From NCBI GenBank assembly GCA_038919385.1, contig JBCKZH010000001.1:26192-90191 (forward strand): a DNA stretch of 64,000 bases, in the 5' to 3' direction. Below, one piece after another: positions 29,678 to 39,704 of the stretch. The first letter of the stretch is position 1, and each line of letters begins with the position of its first letter. The position numbers and the translations under genes were made by a program. This DNA comes from Vicinamibacterales bacterium. Its GTDB lineage: Bacteria; Acidobacteriota; Vicinamibacteria; Vicinamibacterales; UBA2999. The notes beneath the pieces are model-generated. The model did no database searches. It was not told where the DNA came from and saw only the letters and a list, made by a program, of their open reading frames with translations.

Positions 29678-30578
29678 CCAGCTCGTCCCGCGTCAGCAGC
29701 GTTGGCGGCGGCCGCGCGACCAGGGTGGTGGGCGCGCCCGTCAGCGGATGCGCGAACCGCAGGCACTCGGCGTGTAACAGGTAGCCGCCATCACCGGGCA
29801 AGCCGGGACTGCGTTTGATGACGCCGCCGCTGTCATACAGCGGATCGCCCACCAGCGGATGCCCGGCGTACGCCAGATGGATGCGGATCTGGTGCGGGCG
29901 TCCGGTTGTGATCGCCACGCTGAACAGGGTCTGATCCGCACCGCGCTCGAGCACCGTCGCGACGCTAAGCGACGCCTTGCCGATTTCTGAGGCGGCCTCC
30001 ACCTCACCAAGCAGCGGATGCGGCACTGGACCAATGGCCGCATCGATCACGAGCCTGTCGGTGCGAGGGACTCCCGCGGCGAGGGCGCGGTAGGTCTTCT
30101 TTACTTCGTGATCGCGCCAGGCCTTCGCCAGCGCCGACGCCGCATCGTGGGTCCGCGCGAACAGCACGAGACCCGACGTGTGCCGGCCGAGCCGGTGCAA
30201 GGGCCTCGCCTCTGGATAACGTTCGCGTACCAGGGTGAGCAGCGTGTGCTGGAGGAACCCACCAGCGGGCATCGTCGGCAGGCCGCTCGGCTTGTCCACC
30301 GCCACCAGGGCCTCGTCTTCGTACACGACGCCGAAGGCCGTCGGCACCTCGGGCTCGTCCCAGGGCGGACGATGCCAGACGACCACCTGGCCGGGACGGA
30401 GGAGCGACACCGAGTCCGCGGGCGCACCCTCCACCTCAAGCTCCCCGCGTTCGAGCCGTTCCACCCATTGGGCGGCGGTTGAATGCGTCCGGGTGGCAGC
30501 GAAGTAGTCGACCACGGTGCGGCCCGCACCGTCGGTCCCCACTTGCTCGCGGTACGACCAGCCCCCGTTCACGGCCAT
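29652..30578 (-). CDS. RluA-family pseudouridine synthase
   Basis: ALVAVDKPSGLPTMP, HRLGRHTSGLVLFART, GRPHQIRIHLAYAGHPLVGDPLY. Start taken at the internal ATG 30578. Confidence 0.87.
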   Translation of the reverse strand: MAVNGGWSYREQVGTDGAGRTVVDYFAATRTHSTAAQWVERLERGELEVEGAPADSVSLLRPGQVVVWHRPPWDEPEVPTAFGVVYEDEALVAVDKPSGLPTMPAGGFLQHTLLTLVRERYPEARPLHRLGRHTSGLVLFARTHDAASALAKAWRDHEVKKTYRALAAGVPRTDRLVIDAAIGPVPHPLLGEVEAASEIGKASLSVATVLERGADQTLFSVAITTGRPHQIRIHLAYAGHPLVGDPLYDSGGVIKRSPGLPGDGGYLLHAECLRFAHPLTGAPTTLVARPPPTLLTRDELATGSVRAR

Positions 30579-30727
30579 GCCAAATGATAAGTCCTGCAGG
30601 CGTGAGCTCCGAAAGTCATCGTGCTGCGCCCCGCACATCCGCGCATCCGCACACCATGCGCCCGGTCACTTCAAGGGCCCTTTCCCGGCAACCCGGAACG
30701 GCCTGCTTCATGCATACTTAGGGGCTG

Positions 30728-31789
30728 ATGGCACGGCCACTGACTTCGAGGCATGCGTTGCGGGACCTCATGGTTGCTGCCCTGTTCCTCGCCTCGGTCG
30801 GGGCAGCCGGCGCGCAGACCGTGGACTGCACGCCGCACTCCTATCCCCAACGAACCAACCAATCGCTCGCCGTCGATCCCTACAACGACGGAATTGCATA
30901 CGTCGGCGTCGAAGGCGAAGGCTACTTCAAGACCGTGGACGCCGGCGCCTCGTGGGCGCGCATCGTCCATGGCGTGCGGTCGTTCGATAAGCGCGGCGGG
31001 GGACAGTGCTATTCGGAGTTTTTCGACACTGTGATCGACCTTCGCAACCCGGAACACGTGTGCTTCGCCATGGCTGGCACTCCCGGCACGCTCGAGTTCA
31101 TGCAATCGGCCAACCAGGGGGTCTATTGCTGGGTCGAGTTGCCGACCGGTCTGGTCCGCGGCACGCGGGTCACCGGCATCAAGGTCGACCCTACGAATGC
31201 CGCCGTGATCTACGCGAGCACGTTTGGCCTGCTGTCCGGTGGCGGCAACAACTACCTGGACACCCAGTTCGGCGTGCTCAAGTCGTCTGACGGCGGCGCC
31301 ACCTGGACGTCGATGAAGACGGGAATGGGAGCCGAAGTCCGCAACCAGGCGATCTTCAGGCTCGACCTCTCGCCTCGCGACCCGGCGCGGCGGATCGTCA
31401 GCGTTTCGGACACCAGCTACTTTCTGTCACGCGACGGCGCGGCGACCTTTGCGCGACCGACCGCGCCGAGTTCGCAGCAGGGCATCATGCGCTTCGACCC
31501 CACCGACGCGACCGGCATGCGGATTGTCAGCCTGTCGCAATCCGGTACGCAGATCGTCGAGAGCCGTGATGGCGGAAATACTTGGAGACAGGTGGGTTCG
31601 CTGCCGGCGGAGACCCGCGACAACGGCGACCCGTCGCGGCCCACCGGCGTGCGTCCCAGCGACATCGAGATCAGCCGCCAGGATGCGCGGGTCATGTACC
31701 TGTCCGGGTCGCACGGCTCGGTCTATCGCACCAGCGACGGCGGCGCGACATGGACCAAAGTCCTGTCGGGCGCCAACCTGCCGCAATAA
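30728..31789 (+). CDS. Secreted BNR/Asp-box repeat beta-propeller protein
   Basis: Signal peptide plus four SxDxGxTW-type boxes (TVDAGASWAR, SSDGGATWTS, SRDGGNTWRQ, TSDGGATWTK). Confidence 0.75.
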   Translation: MARPLTSRHALRDLMVAALFLASVGAAGAQTVDCTPHSYPQRTNQSLAVDPYNDGIAYVGVEGEGYFKTVDAGASWARIVHGVRSFDKRGGGQCYSEFFDTVIDLRNPEHVCFAMAGTPGTLEFMQSANQGVYCWVELPTGLVRGTRVTGIKVDPTNAAVIYASTFGLLSGGGNNYLDTQFGVLKSSDGGATWTSMKTGMGAEVRNQAIFRLDLSPRDPARRIVSVSDTSYFLSRDGAATFARPTAPSSQQGIMRFDPTDATGMRIVSLSQSGTQIVESRDGGNTWRQVGSLPAETRDNGDPSRPTGVRPSDIEISRQDARVMYLSGSHGSVYRTSDGGATWTKVLSGANLPQ

Positions 31790-31796
31790 CCGCCGC

Positions 31797-32192
31797 TCAA
31801 CGGGCCCGCGCGAGCTCCAGCACCAGTTCGTAGTGAAAGCGCGCGAAGCGCAGCAGCTCCGATTCCAGAATGCGCTCCTGGTCGCTGTGCGCGCCGAAGC
31901 CCTTCGGGCCATCTTCGGTGTCGATCGCGGGACCAATGCCATAACACTGCGGTCCCTTCGCGCGGATGTTCGACATGTCGGTGGCGCCGGTGCCCATAGT
32001 CGGCAGCGCGACGGTGTTGTACTCCACCGCGCGGATCTCGTTGCCGGGAGGGCTGCTGGTGTCGAGCTTGAGCAGCGCCTGGAAGTGTTGCAGCGTTTCC
32101 GCATCAAGGGCGGCGTGGGCGGCCGGCGTCTGGGCCTGAATGTGCGAGGCCAACGACACCAAGGCCAAGGCGGCAAGAACGCGCTTCGTCAT
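31797..32192 (-). pseudogene. M20/M28-type peptidase remnant: signal peptide and N-terminal ~60 aa fused in frame to the C-terminal ~70 aa
   Basis: LLKLDTSSPPGNEIRAVEY (typical N-terminus) runs directly into PTMGTGATDMSNIRAKG...GAHSDQERILESEL (typical C-terminus). 131 aa in total versus ~450 expected. Confidence 0.5.
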
Positions 32193-32243
32193 GGCGAAGA
32201 GAATACCCCAGCTTCGCCAATGCTGGTACGCTGGGGGGTTGTC

Positions 32244-34130
32244 ATGCCATTAGTTGTTCTCGACCAGATCTCCCACGCCTACGGCCACCTGCCGCTGCTC
32301 GACCGTGCCGCCCTGCAGGTGGAGCCGGGCGAACGCATTGCCATCATCGGCCGCAACGGCACCGGCAAGTCGACGCTGATGCAGATCATCGGCGGCGAGC
32401 TGCCGCCCGATGCCGGCACCGTATGGACGCAGCCCGGCGCGCGCATGGCCCGGTTGGTGCAGGATGTGCCGCTCTCCGCCAACCGGCCAGTGTTCGACGT
32501 GATCGCCGACGGTCTCGGCGACCTCTCAAGCCTGATCACGAACTACCACCACGCCGCGGTCGAGGTCGCGACCAAATACAGCGAAGAGGCGATGACGCGG
32601 CTGGGCAACTACCAGCACGAGCTGGAAGAGCGCGACGGCTGGAGCCTCGAACAGCGCGTCGAGCTGATCGTCACCAAGCTCGGCCTGCCCTCCGAGGCGA
32701 TCGTCGACACGCTGTCGGGCGGATGGAAGCGGCGCGTCCTCCTGGCCCGTGCCCTGGTCGGCCAGCCCGACGTGCTGCTGCTGGACGAGCCGACCAATCA
32801 CCTCGACATTGAGGCCATCGAGTGGCTCGAGACCTTTCTGATCGACTACGCCGGCGCCGTGATCTTCGTCACGCACGACCGCACCTTCCTCGAGAGAGTC
32901 GCCACCCGCATTGTCGAGATCGACCGCGGCATGCTGACGTCGTGGCCGGGTGATTACCTCACGTTCGAGCGCAAGAAAGAGGAGTGGCTCGCCAACGAGG
33001 AGCTGCAGAACACCAAGTTCGACAAGAAGATGGCCCAGGAAGAAGTGTGGCTGCGTCGCGGCGTCAAGGCACGCCGTACCCGCGACGAAGGCCGGGTGAA
33101 AGCGCTGATGGCGATGCGCGCAGAACGCGCAGCGCGACGCGCGCTGATGGGCAACGTGCGCATGCAGGTGGATCAGGCCGATCCGTCTGGCAAGATGGTG
33201 TTCGAGGCCAAGGACCTGAGTCACTCGTTTGCCAAGTCCCCGGTGGTGAAGGACCTCTCGCTGAGGGTGATGCGTGGCGATCGCATCGGGTTGATCGGGC
33301 CCAACGGCGCCGGCAAGACCACGCTGCTCCGGTTGTTGCTGGGCGAGATGACGCCGCAGGCCGGCGAGGTCAGGCGCGGCGCCAACGTGCAAGTGGCGTA
33401 CTACGATCAGCAGCGCGAACAGCTCGACCCGGACCGCACGGTGGTTGACACGATCGGTGACGGCGCCGACACGGTGACGGTGAACGGCGTGCCGAAGCAC
33501 GTGCACGGCTACCTCGCCGACTTCCTGTTCTCGCCCGAACGTGCCCGGTCGCCGGTCCGCGCGTTGTCGGGCGGTGAGCGGAACCGCCTGCTGCTGGCCC
33601 GGCTGTTCACGCGCCCCGCCAACGTGCTGGTGCTCGACGAACCGACCAACGACCTGGACCTCGAAACCCTCGAGTTGCTCGAAGCGCAACTCGTGGAATG
33701 GACCGGCACCCTGCTGCTGGTCAGCCACGACCGCCGCTTTCTCGACAACGTCGTCACCAGCACGCTCGCCTTCGAAGGCAACGGCCGCGTTCAGGAGTAC
33801 GTCGGGGGATACGAAGACTGGCTGCGGCAGTCGAAACTGCCGGCCCCCACCCGCCCGACCGGCCCCACCCGCCCCACTAGCCCGGCCAGCCCTGCCCGCC
33901 CGAAGACGAAGCGTTCGTTCAAGGAGGCGAAGGAGTACGCCGATCTGCCGAAACGTATTGCCGTGCTCGAGGACGAGCAGAAGCAATTGCAGGCGACGAT
34001 GGCGAGGCCGGAGTTCTATAAGGAAGGCGCCGGCGCGATCAAGAAGACCATGACGCGGGTCGAGGCGATCGAGCAGGAGTTGCTGACCGCCATGGCGCGG
34101 TGGGACGCGCTCGATTCAGTCGGCAAGTAG
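32244..34130 (+). CDS. uup: ABC-F ATPase Uup-like (two ABC domains plus C-terminal coiled-coil)
   Basis: ATG at 32244 (MPLVVLDQISHAYG). GRNGTGKST / GPNGAGKTT, LSGGWKRR / LSGGERNR. Pro-rich linker and C-terminal helical tail as in Uup. Confidence 0.9.
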   Translation: MPLVVLDQISHAYGHLPLLDRAALQVEPGERIAIIGRNGTGKSTLMQIIGGELPPDAGTVWTQPGARMARLVQDVPLSANRPVFDVIADGLGDLSSLITNYHHAAVEVATKYSEEAMTRLGNYQHELEERDGWSLEQRVELIVTKLGLPSEAIVDTLSGGWKRRVLLARALVGQPDVLLLDEPTNHLDIEAIEWLETFLIDYAGAVIFVTHDRTFLERVATRIVEIDRGMLTSWPGDYLTFERKKEEWLANEELQNTKFDKKMAQEEVWLRRGVKARRTRDEGRVKALMAMRAERAARRALMGNVRMQVDQADPSGKMVFEAKDLSHSFAKSPVVKDLSLRVMRGDRIGLIGPNGAGKTTLLRLLLGEMTPQAGEVRRGANVQVAYYDQQREQLDPDRTVVDTIGDGADTVTVNGVPKHVHGYLADFLFSPERARSPVRALSGGERNRLLLARLFTRPANVLVLDEPTNDLDLETLELLEAQLVEWTGTLLLVSHDRRFLDNVVTSTLAFEGNGRVQEYVGGYEDWLRQSKLPAPTRPTGPTRPTSPASPARPKTKRSFKEAKEYADLPKRIAVLEDEQKQLQATMARPEFYKEGAGAIKKTMTRVEAIEQELLTAMARWDALDSVGK

Positions 34131-34283
34131 GCAGTATCGGTGGAGGCATCCCTTCAGGGTTGCCTGTCTCATGTCTAGTACGCCGCCTGGCATGTCATCT
34201 GGCAATGTGCCAGGCGAATCGGCGAACGCATCGTTCAACGCGACGACCCCACACGGCCGCCGGTCACCGTATAATTCCGATGC

Positions 34284-35312
34284 ATGCCCGACATCACCAT
34301 TGCCAAGACGCGCGTCGCCGCCGGCACGCGGCACATCGTGCGCGTACCGGTCGCCCACGATCTCACCGGTCCCGTCGAGGTCGTGACGCATGTCGTGGCC
34401 GGCCGTCGGGACGGTCCGACCCTGCTGCTACTGTCGATGCTGCACGGCAACGAGTGGTTTTCGGCCCTGATCCTCCGAGAACTGGTGGCCCGGCTCGATC
34501 CCGCCACGCTGTGCGGCAACGTGCTGGCCGTTCCCGTGGCCAACGCCACGGCGCTGCTGACCAATACCCGCTGCATTCAGGACAACGCGGACGAGCCCGA
34601 CGCGAACCGCACCTTTGGCGGACCCTACCAGTGGCTCAGCAACCAGTTATCCCGCGCCATTGGCGATCACCTCATCAGCCAGTCGAACGCCATCATCGAC
34701 TATCACGTCGGCGATTGGGGCGCGACGATGGCCGACGTGAGCTACGTGAACGATTTCTCGAGCGAGAGCGTGTCGACCAAGAGTCGTGCGATGGCGATGG
34801 CCTACGGCTTCCCCGTGGTGCATGCGCTCACCATCCATGCAGGCCTCCGCGGCCCGCGCACCTCGTTGGGCTTTGCCGGCGAGCACCACGGTGTTCCCGG
34901 CATTGTGGCCGAAGTTGGTGGACTCGGTTGGGGTGAGACCCAGGAGCGCGTGTGGCTCGAGCAGAACGTCACGGGCACCCTGGGCGTGATGCGGTATCTG
35001 AACATGGTCGAGGGGGCGCCGCCGAAGCTGGAACGGTACCTCGAAGTCCACGACTACTGGCGAGTGGGTCCGCGGGCCGGTGGCTACCTCGAGCCGGTGG
35101 TCGGTCTCGACCGCCAGTTCGGCGATGTTGTGCCCCATGAGCTGCTGGCGCGCGTCGTCGACCCGTCCACGTTCGCCGTCGTGGATGAGGTACGCTCCCC
35201 GGGCCATGGCACCATCTTCTATGCGTGCCGATCGCATATGGTACGGCCGGGCGGCTGGGCGTTTGGCGTTGCCAATCGGGAAGATGGACGGACGAAATGG
35301 GTGATGCCATGA
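34284..35312 (+). CDS. Succinylglutamate desuccinylase/aspartoacylase (AstE/AspA, M14-like) family protein
   Basis: 342 aa. LLLLSMLHGNEW zinc-ligand motif. ATGA overlap with the next gene. Confidence 0.78.
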   Translation: MPDITIAKTRVAAGTRHIVRVPVAHDLTGPVEVVTHVVAGRRDGPTLLLLSMLHGNEWFSALILRELVARLDPATLCGNVLAVPVANATALLTNTRCIQDNADEPDANRTFGGPYQWLSNQLSRAIGDHLISQSNAIIDYHVGDWGATMADVSYVNDFSSESVSTKSRAMAMAYGFPVVHALTIHAGLRGPRTSLGFAGEHHGVPGIVAEVGGLGWGETQERVWLEQNVTGTLGVMRYLNMVEGAPPKLERYLEVHDYWRVGPRAGGYLEPVVGLDRQFGDVVPHELLARVVDPSTFAVVDEVRSPGHGTIFYACRSHMVRPGGWAFGVANREDGRTKWVMP

Positions 35313-36892
35313 CCACCGGCCGACGCCTGGCATTGAAGGGTTCCGTCGGCGTCGTGGGGCTGCTGGCCGTGCTGACGGCCAACTGCGGTGGCGGCTCGGC
35401 CGTGCCTGGGGACGCAAGCGCCTCGGCTCGCGACACGCTGATCTTCTCGGCGCCCGCCGATGCCACGACTCTGGATCCGCACAACACCACCGACACCGAA
35501 TCGGATCAGGTCATCGGCATGGTGTTCGAGGGCCTGCTGGGCTTCGACGAGAAGCTGACGATCGTGGGCCGGCTTGCTGAGTCGTGGGCGGTGGCCGCCG
35601 ACGGCGTCACGTGGACCTTTCGCTTGCGCCGTGGGGTCAGCTTCCACGACGGCACGCCTTTCGACGCCGAGGCCGTGCGCCAGAACTTCGCGCGGGTGCT
35701 GGATCCGATGCAGAAGCACAAGCGACTGCCGCTGTTCGTGATGGTCGATCGCGTCGAGGTGGCCGACCCGCACACGGTGCGGATTGTCACGAAGTACCCG
35801 TTCGGCGCCTTCGAGCCGACGATGGCACACATCTCGTCGTCGATCGTCAATCCCACCGTGGCCGGCGCGAAGGGTCTCGACTTTGGCAAGAGCGCTATCG
35901 CCACGTCCGGCACCGGACCCTACCGAGTGGTCAGTTGGAAGAAGGACCAGGAGATCGTGCTCGAGCGTGTGGAGGACCACTGGCGTGGCACATCCCCCAC
36001 GCGTCGCATCGTCTACCGGCCGATCCCTGAGGGCGCCGCTCGCGTGCTGGCGCTCGAGGCCGGAGACGTCGATGTCATTTCGCGCGTCCCGCCACCTGAG
36101 TTGAAGCGCCTGAGCGCCTCGCCCGACCTGGTGTTGCTCAAGACCGTCAGCATCGGCTCGCAGCAGTTTCGCTTCAACATGACCAAGAAGCCGTTGAACG
36201 ACCGCCGCGTGCGGCAGGCTATCTCCTACGCCATCAACCGCCGCGCCATCGTCGATCAACTGGTGACCGGGTTCGCGACGCCGTCGACGAGCGCGCTGAC
36301 GCCCATCATGCGCGGCTACGCCAACCTGGGCGAGATCCCGTATGACCCGGACAAGGCCCGGGCGCTTCTGCGCGAGGCTGGGTATCCCAACGGTTTCAAG
36401 GTGAAGATCGCGACCACGCCGCGGTATCCCATGGGGGTGGAGCTGGCCGAGGTCCTTGCCTCGCAGTTGAAGGCCGTGGGCATCGAGGCGGCGATCCAGG
36501 TGTTCGAGTGGGGCACGATGGTGCAGTTCTGGGCGGGACTGCCACCGGAGAAGAACGCGCAGGAGATCTTCATCATGGGGGCGGGCGCCTCCACCGCCGA
36601 CGCCGACTGGGGCCTGCGGCCGATCTTCCAGACCGCGCCCACCAATGAAAACAACTACGGCTACTACTCGAACGCCGAGTTCGACCGCGTCATCGAGTCG
36701 GCGATGCGCGAAACCGATGACGCCAGGCGCCTCGCCCTCTACAAGCGCGCGCAGGAAATCGTGTATCTCGAAGACCCCGGGGCCGTCTGGATTTTCGACA
36801 ACTCCTACATCGTGGCGGTGCGCAAGGGCGTGCAGGGCGTGCAACCCTCGCCGCTCGGCGTGGTGACCTTCGAGCGTGCGGTGGTCCACTGA
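35309..36892 (+). CDS. ABC transporter substrate-binding protein, family 5 (peptide/nickel)
   Basis: ATG at 35309: MTTGRRLALKGSVGVVGLLAVLTANCGG (lipoprotein-like). TLDPHNTTDTES, SFHDGTPFDAEAV, YRVVSWKKDQEIVLER. Confidence 0.9.
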   Translation: MTTGRRLALKGSVGVVGLLAVLTANCGGGSAVPGDASASARDTLIFSAPADATTLDPHNTTDTESDQVIGMVFEGLLGFDEKLTIVGRLAESWAVAADGVTWTFRLRRGVSFHDGTPFDAEAVRQNFARVLDPMQKHKRLPLFVMVDRVEVADPHTVRIVTKYPFGAFEPTMAHISSSIVNPTVAGAKGLDFGKSAIATSGTGPYRVVSWKKDQEIVLERVEDHWRGTSPTRRIVYRPIPEGAARVLALEAGDVDVISRVPPPELKRLSASPDLVLLKTVSIGSQQFRFNMTKKPLNDRRVRQAISYAINRRAIVDQLVTGFATPSTSALTPIMRGYANLGEIPYDPDKARALLREAGYPNGFKVKIATTPRYPMGVELAEVLASQLKAVGIEAAIQVFEWGTMVQFWAGLPPEKNAQEIFIMGAGASTADADWGLRPIFQTAPTNENNYGYYSNAEFDRVIESAMRETDDARRLALYKRAQEIVYLEDPGAVWIFDNSYIVAVRKGVQGVQPSPLGVVTFERAVVH

Positions 36893-36912
36893 TACTCGCG
36901 AGCGTCGGGGCC

Positions 36913-37812
36913 GTGCTGGGGCGCACGCTGCCGGTGCTCGGTGGCGTCTCGCTGCTGGTGTTCCTGATCGTCCACGCCATTCCCGGCGACCCGGCGGTGA
37001 TTGCCGCGGGGCTGGAGGCCAGTCCCGAAACGGTGGAGCAGATTCGTCGCGACCTGGGCCTCGACCGTCCCTTGCCGGAGCAATTCGTCACCTTCGTGAC
37101 CCGCGCGGTGCGCGGCGAGCTGGGCACGTCGATTCGCACGGGTGCGCCGGTGGCCGAGGAGATCGCCGACCGCTTGCCGTACACCGCCCGGCTTGCCTTC
37201 TGGAGCGTTCTCGTGGCGGCCGTCATCGGGGTGGGGGCCGGCTTGGTGTCGGCAGTGTGGCACAACCGGGCGCTGGATCACGTGGTCATGGTGACGACGC
37301 TCGTGGCGGTGTCCACGCCGTCGTACTGGCTGGCATTGATGATGATGCTGACCTTTTCGGTGTGGCTGGGGCTGCTGCCGTCGATTGGCGCCACAACGCC
37401 GCTGCACTACGTGCTGCCCGTGGCGACGCTGGGCTTGCAGTCGGCCGGCGAAGTGGCGCGGATGACGCGCGCGGCGCTGCTCGACGTCCTGGGCGAGGAG
37501 TACCTGCGGGCGGCCCGGGCGAAGGGGGTGCCCGAGATCCGCGTTCTGGTCCGGCATGCGTTGGCCAACGCGCTGGTGCCGGTGACCGCCATCATCGGCC
37601 TGCGCTTTGGCGGGTTGTTGGCCGGCACGGTGCTGGTGGAGAGTGTGTTCGCGATTCCCGGGGTGGGCCGGATGATGGTGGACGCGGTCGTCGCGCGCGA
37701 CTTCCCGATGATCCAGGGCGGCGTGCTGGCGGTGGCCACGCTCTACGTGGCGGTGAACGCGGCGACCGACATGCTGGCAACGCTGGCCGACCCGAGGCTG
37801 GGGCGCGCATGA
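36913..37812 (+). CDS. ABC transporter permease (DppB/OppB-like)
   Basis: LLVFLIVHAIPGDP and the EEYLRAARAKGVPE motif. The start is uncertain: GTG 36913 gives a short first helix and the frame stays open up to 36889. Confidence 0.85.
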   Translation: MLGRTLPVLGGVSLLVFLIVHAIPGDPAVIAAGLEASPETVEQIRRDLGLDRPLPEQFVTFVTRAVRGELGTSIRTGAPVAEEIADRLPYTARLAFWSVLVAAVIGVGAGLVSAVWHNRALDHVVMVTTLVAVSTPSYWLALMMMLTFSVWLGLLPSIGATTPLHYVLPVATLGLQSAGEVARMTRAALLDVLGEEYLRAARAKGVPEIRVLVRHALANALVPVTAIIGLRFGGLLAGTVLVESVFAIPGVGRMMVDAVVARDFPMIQGGVLAVATLYVAVNAATDMLATLADPRLGRA

Positions 37813-38645
37813 GAGCGGGGGCGATGGCGCGCTTCGCCGCCAACCGGGCCGCGGTGGCCGGCGCCGGAGTGCTGCTGCTGGTCACGGCGGCCGCGGTGCT
37901 GGCGCCCTGGCTGGCGCCGCACGACCCGCTGGCGGTGGATCTGAGCCGCAATTTCGAAGGGCCGTCGTGGGCCAATCCGCTCGGCACCGATCAACTCGGG
38001 CGAGACACGCTCAGCCGCCTCTTGTACGGCGGGCGCGTATCGTTGGCGTTGAGCGTCCTGAGCATCGGTGCTGCGCTTCTGACCGGTGTGGCCGCCGGGC
38101 TGGCGGCGGCCTGGCATCGCGGGTGGGTGGACGCGCTCTTCGTGCGTCTGGTCGACGTGCTGCTCTCGTTCCCTGACATCCTGCTGGCGATCGCCGTGAT
38201 CGCGATGCTTGGCCCCGGCCACCTGAGCACCATCGTCGCCGTCGCGGCTTACGCCTTGCCGACGTTCGGGCGCATCACGCGGGCGGCGGCGCTCGCGTCG
38301 GTGTCGCGCGATTTCATCATGGCGTCGCGGGCGGTCGGTGCGTCGAGCGTGTGGATGATGCGGAAGCACGTGCTGCCGATGTGCCTGTCGCCCCTCCTGG
38401 CGCAAGCCACCGTGATGCTGGGCAAGGCCGTGTTGCTGGCGTCAGGCCTGTCGTTCCTCGGCCTTGGCGTGCAGCCGCCCGAGGCTGAATGGGGTGCCAT
38501 GTTGAGCCGCGGGCGAGACCTGATCCGTACGGCACCGATCGGCGCCTTCGCACCCGGAATCGCCATCACCGTGGTGGCGCTCAGTTTTTCGCTGGCCGGC
38601 GACGGCCTGCGGGACGCCCTCGATCCCAAAGCCACCCCGGCCTAG
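37809..38645 (+). CDS. ABC transporter permease (DppC/OppC-like)
   Basis: ATGA overlap with the previous gene. PLGTDQLGRDTLSRLLYG, FPDILLAIAVIAMLG, DFIMASRAVGAS. Confidence 0.9.
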   Translation: MRAGAMARFAANRAAVAGAGVLLLVTAAAVLAPWLAPHDPLAVDLSRNFEGPSWANPLGTDQLGRDTLSRLLYGGRVSLALSVLSIGAALLTGVAAGLAAAWHRGWVDALFVRLVDVLLSFPDILLAIAVIAMLGPGHLSTIVAVAAYALPTFGRITRAAALASVSRDFIMASRAVGASSVWMMRKHVLPMCLSPLLAQATVMLGKAVLLASGLSFLGLGVQPPEAEWGAMLSRGRDLIRTAPIGAFAPGIAITVVALSFSLAGDGLRDALDPKATPA

Positions 38646-39691
38646 CGCCAGATCGTGTCGAACAGTCGCAAGTAGTTCTCGCCCAGGATGCCGTGCACCT
38701 GGCGCTCGGTGTAGCCGCGCTTGAGCAGCCGGTCGGCGACGTTGACGATCTCGGGGTAGTCCGAGAACCCGTCGAGCGATCGCCGGTGCGAGCGGATATC
38801 GGGTGTCACGTGCTTGCCGTAGTCCTCCGAGATGGACCCGTAGGCCGGCTCGCCCCACGGGTCGGTCTCGTGCGGCGGATAGCTGCCGAGCGACATGTCG
38901 GTGCCGATGCCGATGTGGTCGGCGTCGCCGGCCAATTGGGCGACATGGTCGATGCAGGCGATGAACTCGTCCACGGTGGGCCAGTGTGTGGTCCCCTTGC
39001 GCATGACGAGCGGCCCCCATGCCACGCAGCCGACGATACCTCCGCGCCGGACGCAGGCGGTGATCTGCTCGTCGCTGATGTTGCGGGGGTTGTCGGCCAG
39101 CGCCTTCGGATTGGAGTGGCTGAAGATCACGGGCGATGCACTGCGGTCGATGATCTCGAGGCTCGAGCGGTGGCCGAGGTGCGTGCAGTCGAGCACCATG
39201 CCGACACGGTTGCACTCGTCGACCACGGCGCCGCCGAAGCGGCTCAGTCCGCCCTCGGTGCGGTCGAGGATGCCGTCGCACAAGTGGTTGGTGCGGTTGT
39301 AGGCCGGGATCATCACACGCAAGCCGAGGCGGTAGAGCGCCTCGATGCGGTGCAGCTTCCAGCCAATCCAATCGCCGCCTTGAGCGAACATCAGGAGGCC
39401 GGCTCGCCGGTCCTGTTTACCGGTGCGGATGTCCTGCACGGTGTGCGCGACATGGAGATTGGGGTGGCGGCGCGCCACCAGGTGCCAGTACATCACGCGC
39501 TCGACCGCCCGGTCGAAGTTGTCGTGGGGCTCGAAGGCGGTCACGCCGTACGCCGTGACCCCGTGGCGGTGGGCCGAGGCGAAGTCGGCGTCGGGCCACC
39601 ACTGCATGCACGAGTCGAGGAAGATATATGCGTGATCGGTGTCGAGTACTGAATGAAACCCGCCATGGGGACGCGCGGCGTGTGGACTCAT
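38642..39691 (-). CDS. Membrane dipeptidase (peptidase M19)
   Basis: 349 aa. IPAYNRTNHLCDG, GMVLDCTHLG, VIFSHSNPKAL, HIGIGTDM. The convergent stops share CTAG with the permease gene. Confidence 0.9.
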   Translation of the reverse strand: MSPHAARPHGGFHSVLDTDHAYIFLDSCMQWWPDADFASAHRHGVTAYGVTAFEPHDNFDRAVERVMYWHLVARRHPNLHVAHTVQDIRTGKQDRRAGLLMFAQGGDWIGWKLHRIEALYRLGLRVMIPAYNRTNHLCDGILDRTEGGLSRFGGAVVDECNRVGMVLDCTHLGHRSSLEIIDRSASPVIFSHSNPKALADNPRNISDEQITACVRRGGIVGCVAWGPLVMRKGTTHWPTVDEFIACIDHVAQLAGDADHIGIGTDMSLGSYPPHETDPWGEPAYGSISEDYGKHVTPDIRSHRRSLDGFSDYPEIVNVADRLLKRGYTERQVHGILGENYLRLFDTIWR

Positions 39692-39704
39692 ATCGCCCAG
39701 GATT

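Noticed and set aside
31449-34130. 893-aa ORF
   Set aside because: Only the part from ATG 32244 is Uup. The first ~265 codons overlap the BNR gene out of frame and run antisense to the M20 remnant.
35219-36889. 556-aa minus-strand ORF
   Set aside because: Exact antisense of the family-5 substrate-binding protein gene. No motifs and biased composition.
36876-38645. 589-aa ORF
   Set aside because: The first ~310 codons are an out-of-frame shadow of the DppB-like permease. The real product starts at ATG 37809 (DppC-like permease).
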